DNA of 64,000 bases from a virus. Its lineage: Duplodnaviria > Caudoviricetes. The notes under the pieces are model-generated. The model was not told where the DNA came from, searched no databases, and worked only from the letters and a program-made list of their open reading frames with translations. Position numbers and translations under genes: made by a program. Location of the stretch: the IMG/VR virus record IMGVR_UViG_2663763243_000005, positions 14,632 to 78,631 of that record; one strand, 5' to 3'. Below, piece after piece: positions 36,973 through 44,412 of the stretch (position 1 is the first letter of the stretch; the number at the start of each line of letters is the position of its first letter).

Positions 36973-37305
36973 ATGAAATTTAAAGAAATTAAATTATCTA
37001 TTAAACCACTTTATAATGACGTTGCTCAGTTATCCGCAGAAAATGAAGTAATCGGCTATGCCGTTAAAAATAAAGAGGCTAATTCACCGCTGGCTTCTAT
37101 TATTTTACCTAATGGTGAACTTTTAGGGGATTACCATTGTATGGGCTGTGCAATTAAAGCCGCCACTAAACATTATATTGGCATTGGCGAAGATGAAGCC
37201 ATTGAGGCCAATTTCAGCTTCGGTAATAACAACGTCCGTAACTTATTATTAGCTGCATTGTTATCAAGTGTTGTTGATGATTTAACCACTCAATCCAGAC
37301 ATTAA
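36973..37305 (+). CDS. Hypothetical early protein
   Basis: 110 aa; HCMGC motif; starts in the repeated box. Confidence 0.7.
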   Translation: MKFKEIKLSIKPLYNDVAQLSAENEVIGYAVKNKEANSPLASIILPNGELLGDYHCMGCAIKAATKHYIGIGEDEAIEANFSFGNNNVRNLLLAALLSSVVDDLTTQSRH

Positions 37306-37400
37306 TAATTGCAGTCAACACCAGTGAAACGGTCGTAAAACTCAGCTTATTAAAGTGGATATATCGACGCCGAAAACGTAACCGGCATTAAAACAGACGT

Positions 37401-37512
37401 AAAAAAGCCCACACAAGGTGGGCAATCTTACCGGCTTAACGTCCCGGTGACGGCAGAGTCAGCGACCAAACCGACTCTAGCGAGGTATGACCAATGGCTT
37501 CCACCACTGGAC
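37401..37512 (-). ncRNA. Predicted antisense sRNA complementary to the six-fold repeated RBS/start box
   Basis: TTGTCT-18-TATAAT promoter (37548-37519), two internal hairpins, terminator GCCCAC-CTTGT-GTGGGC-TTTTTT (37423-37401). Confidence 0.65.
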
Positions 37513-37808
37513 GCCGAAATTATAGCGAGATCTCTATGCAAAAGACAACACTTAGAATCCTGGCTGATTCTATCGTCATCGCTAATGCTGCTAAATCCCC
37601 CGCATTAGTCGAAGTTGGAGCGAGTCCAGACGCGATAATGGGCACTGTTTCAGATCTAATAGAATCCGGCATTGTAGATGTACGTGATTTAATTTCTCTG
37701 GCTTTAGAGCAAATTAAAAAATGTGACTCTACGTCGTTAGATCATGTATTACCCACAGATGAATTAATAGCACTGACCGATTGTTATTATCAGATTAAAA
37801 ATAATTAG
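37494..37808 (+). CDS. Hypothetical protein under cis-antisense control
   Basis: 104 aa; starts in the repeated box; antisense promoter lies in its first codons. Confidence 0.7.
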   Translation: MASTTGRRNYSEISMQKTTLRILADSIVIANAAKSPALVEVGASPDAIMGTVSDLIESGIVDVRDLISLALEQIKKCDSTSLDHVLPTDELIALTDCYYQIKNN

Positions 37809-37821
37809 CGAGGAATGACCA

Positions 37822-39975
37822 ATGAGCTTATTTGTATGTGGGTTTCTACCCAAAAAATCAGCTATGGCAAATGGTGCTGTAGCCATGGCGATTACTGTTG
37901 ATGCCAAAAATCAAAAAATGGCAACAATGAAATCCACCATGTTATTAGAAGGGGAATTCCCCGGATCAAGTGGTAATTTCTTTGCACCTAAAGTGTGTGC
38001 TGATCGTGTGGGTTCCCCTCGACCGCCGGTACATGATGATGCTGAAGATAATGCCATATTCAGCACTGAATGGATGGAACATAATCAATGGAATGATGAA
38101 ACTAAAGAATTTGAACCTATCGTTATTGATAATACTGACGAAATTGACAATGTTAAAAACATCTTCGATTTACCAATTAACGTAAGAATTGCATATGTTT
38201 TATTATATGGCGTAGAGCCTGAAATTGTTGATAGCCATCTATTATCTAATGCATACGATTTAATTAATGATGATGAATCAGAGCCGTTATATCGTGCAGT
38301 TATTGATGGCTTGCCACGCTTACCACAAGTTAAGCACATGTACATCACTACATTGGCACAACTCATTGATGATGTTCAGGCCCACACTCCGGTATTTAAA
38401 TCATGGCCGGACGTTAACAAGTTTGCTGAAAAGTGGATCAACTCTCGTCCAGATGAGCGGGAACACCCTGACAATCAAGCGAATGAACAAGCCAATTCAT
38501 CGCCTACGCCAGCGAGTCATCGTGAACGCGATTATAAGCATGATTACGCCTCTCTCGATCTTGAAGTCGCCTGCGCCCTGTTCCCCGGTGATTATGATGT
38601 TTGGGAAGTGCCATCATCCATTTATCGTGGCGCTAAAGAAAAAGTAGAAAAAGGTGATGAGGCTTGGCGGCGCTGGTCAACTGCTTTACGGATTATCCCT
38701 GCCATTTTAGCGGTTTCCCGTGATGATCTGTTTGCAATGATCCGCAGTGCTGAACTGGATATTCATAAAGACCCAGCCAAGCTGAAAGCCTATATCAATC
38801 AGTGTTTACAGCTTGATGTAATCAAAGCCGATGATGTGAAAACAGCAAACCTTGGCGATGGCAAATTTAGTGTTGATGGCTTGACCGGCGCAGCCAACGA
38901 TTCACCGGCGAATACCAGCACAATCGAAAAACCAAAAACTGTTACAAAAGTGCCAAAAGGTGCAACAGAACAGCCCAATCATGTATCAAACATTGCAAAT
39001 AGCACCATTAATGACGAAACAGCGACCATTAACGCCGAGACCCATACCAATGAGCAGATAGAGTCTGAATCACCGCATCCTACCGCAGATGAGTTCCAAC
39101 AGCGGGCATCACAGATCGATCAGGATATCTCTAAGTTACCCAAAGAGTCTCAGGATAATTTAAGTATCTGGAAATCAGTACAGCGCACCGATCCCGCGCG
39201 TACCAAGCGCAAAGATACGACCAAAAATGGCAAAGTCATTCGCTCTGTGACCAGCATCAATCCTACCTATCAGACAATGAGAGCCACGGAAATCTTTGGC
39301 CCCTTTGGTAGCGGCTGGGGCGTGGATATTATCAGTGAGGAATTTATACCCGGCATCCCATTTATGGAGTCGATTCTGGATAGCAACAATCGAGAGATCG
39401 GGCGCAAGCCCATGCGTGATGGGGATGGCACCATTCTACGGACATCCAACCACACTATGCGGATTGAACTGTGGTACCAACACGCAGGAGGTCGGGGCCG
39501 CTTCCCCGCTTTTGGTCATACCAAACATATTTATCAGAGTACCAACGGTTTCATTTGTGACGATGAAGTCAGCAAAAAAAGCCTAACGGACGCCACGACC
39601 AAAGCATTAGCACAGCTTGGTTTCAGCGCTGATGTGTTTATGGGTCTGTTTGATGATGCTGAATACACCGCCGACAATAATATTGAGTTCGGTATTAAAA
39701 ATGCCAGCACTAAAGCTGATGATGTGGTTCGTCTACGTAAAGAGTTAGACGACAAATTCAAAGCCAATACCGAGACGATGAAAACAGCAGTCACGGCGAA
39801 TGAAGTGACAAAAATCAGCACCTCACTAACACGCACCATCGGGGTTCATCTCAAGAATGCCGAATCATCCCATGATGATGAACACGTCAAATATCTGACC
39901 GGCCGTCTAACCCGTTTGAATCAAATCAAAGATGAGTGCCTGACAAAATTTGTCACTGAGGGAGAAAAAGCATGA
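37822..39975 (+). CDS. RecE-N-like region fused to a Rad52/Sak-like annealing domain
   Basis: N-terminal part like the exonuclease VIII N-region (LDLEVACAL, WRRWSTALR); C-terminal ATEIFGPFG.GWG...KKSLTDATTKAL..LGFSADVF. Confidence 0.7.
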   Translation: MSLFVCGFLPKKSAMANGAVAMAITVDAKNQKMATMKSTMLLEGEFPGSSGNFFAPKVCADRVGSPRPPVHDDAEDNAIFSTEWMEHNQWNDETKEFEPIVIDNTDEIDNVKNIFDLPINVRIAYVLLYGVEPEIVDSHLLSNAYDLINDDESEPLYRAVIDGLPRLPQVKHMYITTLAQLIDDVQAHTPVFKSWPDVNKFAEKWINSRPDEREHPDNQANEQANSSPTPASHRERDYKHDYASLDLEVACALFPGDYDVWEVPSSIYRGAKEKVEKGDEAWRRWSTALRIIPAILAVSRDDLFAMIRSAELDIHKDPAKLKAYINQCLQLDVIKADDVKTANLGDGKFSVDGLTGAANDSPANTSTIEKPKTVTKVPKGATEQPNHVSNIANSTINDETATINAETHTNEQIESESPHPTADEFQQRASQIDQDISKLPKESQDNLSIWKSVQRTDPARTKRKDTTKNGKVIRSVTSINPTYQTMRATEIFGPFGSGWGVDIISEEFIPGIPFMESILDSNNREIGRKPMRDGDGTILRTSNHTMRIELWYQHAGGRGRFPAFGHTKHIYQSTNGFICDDEVSKKSLTDATTKALAQLGFSADVFMGLFDDAEYTADNNIEFGIKNASTKADDVVRLRKELDDKFKANTETMKTAVTANEVTKISTSLTRTIGVHLKNAESSHDDEHVKYLTGRLTRLNQIKDECLTKFVTEGEKA

Positions 39976-40484
39976 GCACAAGCGCCATATCATTAGCCAC
40001 TGATTACCGAAAATTGCAGGAAATGGCCGATAGCGGTGATGAACTCACCCCCGAAATGGTCGCTGACACTCTCTCTGGTATTGAGGGCATGCTGGAAGAT
40101 AAGTTCGATGCCTTGATGGCATTGGTTCGTAACACGCTGGGTCAGGCAGAGATATGTGCCAACGAAGCCAAGCGGATGAGTGCACGCAAGAAAAGTTTTG
40201 ATAATCAGGCTGAAATCTACCGTAAATATATATTGGAATGCATGATTCAGGCCGGCAAAGACTCGATCAAAACGGCGTCTAATACATTCACTGCCCGAAA
40301 AGGGACAAAAAAACTCGTTATCACCGATGTAAATTTGTTGCCTGATGAATATGTAGACTCCGTTTCTCAGGTGCAAATTATCACCACCCCAAAAGCCGAT
40401 GAAATCAAAGCTGCCTTAAATGAGGGCCTATTGATAGCCGGTGCCAAGTTTGAAACTGGCGAACGTTCGTTAGCCGTCCGCTAA
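39972..40484 (+). CDS. Gp157-family protein
   Basis: DTL.GIEG..EDK...E.KR...RKKS......LPDEY...IKAAL..G..I.GA. Confidence 0.85.
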   Translation: MSTSAISLATDYRKLQEMADSGDELTPEMVADTLSGIEGMLEDKFDALMALVRNTLGQAEICANEAKRMSARKKSFDNQAEIYRKYILECMIQAGKDSIKTASNTFTARKGTKKLVITDVNLLPDEYVDSVSQVQIITTPKADEIKAALNEGLLIAGAKFETGERSLAVR

Positions 40485-40501
40485 CTGATTTTTAAAAATC
40501 A
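40485..40501. promoter_or_regulatory. Second YdaT-type operator upstream of xis-int (pI-like position)
   Basis: CTGATT-TTTAAA-AATCA(A), same 17 bp as the cro-ydaT site. Confidence 0.65.
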
Positions 40502-40556
40502 AAACTGAACCGGTCAGCGCGTTACTATGCTGGCCGGTCATATCGAGGTATGACCA

Positions 40557-40871
40557 ATGGCTAAATTAATGACATTAACCGAATGGTGTGATGAAACGTA
40601 TGCGACTGACAAGCCGACGATTCAAACACTCCAACGCTGGGCCAGAAACGGTAACTTTTACCCTGCGGCAGAAAAACACGGCAGACAGTATAGGGTAAAA
40701 CCTAATGCTATTTATATCGATCCGAAGGATTTCAATCTCGGTAAAAAAATCAAAGATGCCAAAAGCGCGGCCCCTGCGCGGAATGCGTTTATGGAGAAAG
40801 TGATCAATGACTCGGCGGAAAAAGTACGATGCGAACTTACCGCGCAATCTCACCTATCGCCATCGCTATAA
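40557..40871 (+). CDS. xis: Excisionase
   Basis: MTLTEW...P...TL.RWAR.G..YP...KHGR.YRV...A.Y; overlaps int. Confidence 0.9.
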   Translation: MAKLMTLTEWCDETYATDKPTIQTLQRWARNGNFYPAAEKHGRQYRVKPNAIYIDPKDFNLGKKIKDAKSAAPARNAFMEKVINDSAEKVRCELTAQSHLSPSL

Positions 40872-41886
40872 ATCATACTATTGGCGCAATCCGTTAACAG
40901 GGAAAGAAATCCCGTTAGGCCAAATCTCCCGCAGAGAAGCCGTTTCACAATCTATCGAGGCCAATAATTATGTTGAGCAAAACTACTCTCCTGTATTACT
41001 ACTGGAAAAATTGAAAGGCACACAAGAGTACACAATGACCTCCTGGCTTGAACGTTACGATGTCATATACAAGCGCAGAGAATTGGCAATGAACACTTAC
41101 AAAGTTCGCAAGGGGCAAATAGCCATGATCAGCGAAAAGATGGGCAATATGGTTCTGGCTAAAATCACCACCCGTCACGTTGCTGAATTTCTAGAGTTTT
41201 GGGTGGCACAGGACAAAAAAACCATGGCCGCCACCATGCGATCAGTGTTGTCTGATATTTTCCGAGAGGCGATTGTCGAGGGCCATATAGATAATAATCC
41301 AGTGACACCGACACGCTCAGCTAAACCGGTGGTGAAACGTGAGCGCCTGGAACTGGATCAGTATCTCGCTATTCGTGAGGTCGCTGACACATTACCGGCG
41401 TGGTTTGGGCTATCAATGGATCTGGCACTGGTGACGGGCCAACGACGTGAAGATTTATCACTGATGCGCTTTGACCAGATTGTTGATGGCAGATTACAGA
41501 TAGACCAAGGCAAAACAGGAGCCATGATCTCCCTGCCCTTAGATCTTGAGCTTAAAGCCGTTGGCCTACGTCTTAACACCGTGATTGAACAATGTAGATT
41601 AGCCAGTAAGACTGATTTTATGATAAGTGCTGGCATCAGAAAAAATAGCCCTGATGGCTCACTGCATCCAGATAGCCTGACAAAGAAATTCGTAACGGCG
41701 AGAAAAGGAACAGATTTTCGTTTTGATGAGAGTCCACCAACTTTTCACGAGATCAGAAGTCTCGCTGGGCGATTGTATGAAAAGGAAAAAGGTAAAGAAT
41801 TTGCGATGAAACTGCTGGGGCATAAATCGGAGAAGATGACGAACAAGTATCTTGATACGAGGGGTAAAGAATACGTAATGCTATAA
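40807..41886 (+). CDS. int: Lambda-family tyrosine integrase
   Basis: Arm-binding N-terminus; catalytic GQRRED, FHEIRSL, LGHKS and KY residues. Confidence 0.97.
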   Translation: MTRRKKYDANLPRNLTYRHRYKSYYWRNPLTGKEIPLGQISRREAVSQSIEANNYVEQNYSPVLLLEKLKGTQEYTMTSWLERYDVIYKRRELAMNTYKVRKGQIAMISEKMGNMVLAKITTRHVAEFLEFWVAQDKKTMAATMRSVLSDIFREAIVEGHIDNNPVTPTRSAKPVVKRERLELDQYLAIREVADTLPAWFGLSMDLALVTGQRREDLSLMRFDQIVDGRLQIDQGKTGAMISLPLDLELKAVGLRLNTVIEQCRLASKTDFMISAGIRKNSPDGSLHPDSLTKKFVTARKGTDFRFDESPPTFHEIRSLAGRLYEKEKGKEFAMKLLGHKSEKMTNKYLDTRGKEYVML

Positions 41887-41964
41887 AAGACCGAATATCA
41901 AAATTCGTGTAATTTTCGTGTATTTTCGTTTTTACTAAAAAATAACCTTTAAAATCAACAAGTT

Positions 41965-41988
41965 AAAAAGAGACCGAATACGATTCCT
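41965..41988. repeat. att core (3' end of SdsR/RyeB) at the junction of two prophages
   Basis: AAAAAGAGACCGAATACGATTCCT matches the reverse complement of the SdsR terminator as recalled; flanked by ~10-bp spaced TTCG arm-type repeats at 41901-41930 and 42107-42136. Confidence 0.75.
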
Positions 41989-42152
41989 AAAGGTGAGAAT
42001 TCTTAAATTTATCTATATAAAACAATAAGATAATCAGAGTTATGACCTTTAGTCTGCGTTTGACACCGTCTTTAAAAGATCAACATGATCATATACTTAT
42101 TATCTATTTCGAAAATACTCGGGAAAAGTTCGGGCGCTAAAATGAGGGAAAC

Positions 42153-42365
42153 ATGATATCGACACTATTTATAGTCAGCCTAATACTAGCCGCAGTAATG
42201 ATCACCATTCACCCTGCTCTCTGTGTCCCGTTTGTTATCGCTGCTTACCTGTTAGCAGGTAAAGGCAATATGCACATGGATAGTAATACCAGCATCATTT
42301 TAGGGATCATCGGATTTATTCTGTTATTGGTTCTGTTCGTCATTGTGAATGACGCCTTCAAATAA
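42153..42365 (+). CDS. Small membrane protein
   Basis: 70 aa, almost entirely hydrophobic; GAGGG RBS. Confidence 0.7.
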   Translation: MISTLFIVSLILAAVMITIHPALCVPFVIAAYLLAGKGNMHMDSNTSIILGIIGFILLLVLFVIVNDAFK

Positions 42366-42478
42366 TTATTGATGGTGTAATGTAGATTAATCGCCGGATG
42401 CAACACATTGGTCGAATTGCTTAAAAATTGATTATTTGGTTAAATAATGCCATTTGATAAAAGGACTTGGGGTGAATT

Positions 42479-43036
42479 TTGCACTGCTGGAATTGGCATG
42501 ATTTTGAAGACGAGACGGAAGTTACCGAACATGACGAGTTTGACCAATACAACTTCAGCTCTGAATATGAGCCAAGAGAGCTGGTTGCCAGACAATTTTG
42601 GGTTGGAAAAGCTGAATCCGGTCACTTCTATACTATTGGTTTTGTAAAGATCGAAAAGCAATCTGTACTCAACAGCCTTTTAGGTGAGATGATCTACAGT
42701 AATCATCCCCTTGCCATTCCTAAAAGTGGCGCTTGGGTGGTAACATTCGACCTTGCCGATGAAGAAAATGATTTCGCTCATGTTAAACTTGATTATAAGG
42801 CTATAAAGGATTTAGTGTCTGAGGTTGCTTGTGCAGTTTATGACCATTATAATGTAACTAAGGCTGGGCTTTACTGTTGGTATGCTGCAAGGAAAGAACT
42901 TCTAAGCATTTATGATACGGCTCTCGGATTTGACTCTGACCGAAACATTAAGCTCAAGGTAATACCTTCTACGTCCAACTTTAATAAATTAGGTGATCAA
43001 GGGAGGGGTTATGCAATCATCACGAAATACTACTGA
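42479..43036 (+). CDS. Hypothetical acidic protein, possible degenerate GNAT-like fold
   Basis: TTG start after GGGGTG; beta-beta-helix-beta-helix pattern ending LYCWYAARKELLSIYD. Confidence 0.65.
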   Translation: MHCWNWHDFEDETEVTEHDEFDQYNFSSEYEPRELVARQFWVGKAESGHFYTIGFVKIEKQSVLNSLLGEMIYSNHPLAIPKSGAWVVTFDLADEENDFAHVKLDYKAIKDLVSEVACAVYDHYNVTKAGLYCWYAARKELLSIYDTALGFDSDRNIKLKVIPSTSNFNKLGDQGRGYAIITKYY

Positions 43037-43580
43037 ATTCCCGCCTGGCGATCAGCTTTATGCATCGTTGAATCGTAAGCTGAAAAAGACTTCAGCCAAC
43101 ATAACAAAGCGTAAACTTAATACTGGCGAGTACGTGATGTATCAAGGCAGAATAGTACCGGCTAATGTCGTAGAAGAGGCTAAAGCGGAAGCAGTAGAGG
43201 AAAGGCAGAGTCTCACTCATATTGCTGCAGATCGGCCAATGAGACACGTACTATTTCAGCCACTACGCGCTGGCCACCTAGGAGCTAAACGCCTGGATTC
43301 TGGTGCATGGATTGCGTGGATTGGTAGTCGGAAAAGCGTAACAGCCACTTCGGTAGAGACTTCAATCCGTCATCCGATGCACGTTATGGTAGCTGTACCC
43401 ATTAGACAAGATAGTTCTCAGGAGGTGCCAAAAGACGGCCAGCTCTTTTCTTATGATGCTAAATCTGGGCAGATGCTTCTGGTTGTAGCTCACGGGAAGA
43501 TTGGCGGCATGGTCAGGCGTTCGCACCGCTCAAGATCCCAGCAGCAAGCCATGGGGAACGTAGTTCTCAAAGCCAAATAG
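43011..43580 (+). CDS. Hypothetical basic protein, second gene of the operon
   Basis: GGGAGGGG RBS before ATG 43011; overlaps the upstream stop. Confidence 0.7.
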   Translation: MQSSRNTTEFPPGDQLYASLNRKLKKTSANITKRKLNTGEYVMYQGRIVPANVVEEAKAEAVEERQSLTHIAADRPMRHVLFQPLRAGHLGAKRLDSGAWIAWIGSRKSVTATSVETSIRHPMHVMVAVPIRQDSSQEVPKDGQLFSYDAKSGQMLLVVAHGKIGGMVRRSHRSRSQQQAMGNVVLKAK

Positions 43581-43598
43581 CCCCGAAAGGGGCTTTTT
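43579..43598 (+). terminator. Intrinsic terminator
   Basis: AGCCCC-GAAA-GGGGCT followed by a T-run. Confidence 0.8.
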
Positions 43599-43798
43599 AC
43601 TACCTGCTATTAAATCTACTCTGGTTCGGAAATTTTAGACCATCCTTGGCAATTCATGTTGACCTATCAAGCCGCATGGCAAAGTGCGCTAAAGCTGTAC
43701 GGTGTATATTTATAATCCGAAGGGGCTATTAACCGTAATATCGCTTTTGTAAGGAAGCGAGAACAAATGTATCTTGCTGCAGCAGAACTAGTGACTGG

Positions 43799-44410
43799 CT
43801 AAAACAATTCCATGGTTTGCCCAGAGGCTGGCCCCGGTTTTAGTGCAAAAGTACCTTTGATCGGTTCATCCAGCAGCAGAAATTTATCCAATTGCAGAGC
43901 GGGGATAAATTTAAAACCTTCTTGCCCACGAGCTCTAGCTATTTCTCTAGTTTCCATGAGTATTCTACCAAGTACATTCATCCCGTAAAAGCTGCCATCT
44001 GATTCACGACGAGCTCCCCAAAAAAGGTCTTTTTCAGAATGTTCAACAATATTAATAACACCAGTAGAATTAAGGAGTTGAAAAAAAACCTCCCAATTTT
44101 GGCAAAGTTTTATGCGGACGCACCATTTCATTATGGAGACTCGATTTTTCTCCCAACCATCACGTGTTTTCGGCTCATAGTATCTGGCTACTTGCTTCGC
44201 CTCAAAGGGGTTGCTTAGGGTGATTATCTCCTTTTGTATTTCCGGATAGTCTGGGTAACGGCAGGCCTGATAGAGGATTTCACTAGACTGGATAGGAATA
44301 TCGTTAACATACAGCGGAAATCCTCGCGCCATGTTAGATAGCCCGCCCCATTTTTCCGTCGTTTTTCTGAAACTGACTGTCTCATTGTTTGGATAAATTC
44401 GGTAGCTCAT
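43799..44410 (-). CDS. NADAR (YbiA-like) domain protein
   Basis: GLSNM, SE.LYQA, W......MK.....K, IVEHS..D.FWGA and G.N.LGRILME motifs. Confidence 0.9.
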   Translation of the reverse strand: MSYRIYPNNETVSFRKTTEKWGGLSNMARGFPLYVNDIPIQSSEILYQACRYPDYPEIQKEIITLSNPFEAKQVARYYEPKTRDGWEKNRVSIMKWCVRIKLCQNWEVFFQLLNSTGVINIVEHSEKDLFWGARRESDGSFYGMNVLGRILMETREIARARGQEGFKFIPALQLDKFLLLDEPIKGTFALKPGPASGQTMELF

Positions 44411-44412
44411 AG

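Larger units (their letters stand above)
1..41988. mobile_element. Prophage A: temperate contractile-tailed phage with lambdoid early/lysis control (left end outside window)
   Basis: Continuous gene order tail fibre-baseplate-sheath-capsid-portal-terminase-lysis-Q-replication-CI/Cro-recombination-xis-int, ending at an att-like core. Confidence 0.95.

Noticed and set aside
33206-40562. Repeated 16-mers as a CRISPR array or replication iterons
   Set aside because: They are dispersed, on both strands, irregularly spaced and always at gene starts; no cas genes are present
41965-41988. An intact SdsR/RyeB gene
   Set aside because: Only the 3' terminator arm matches; the sRNA body is absent
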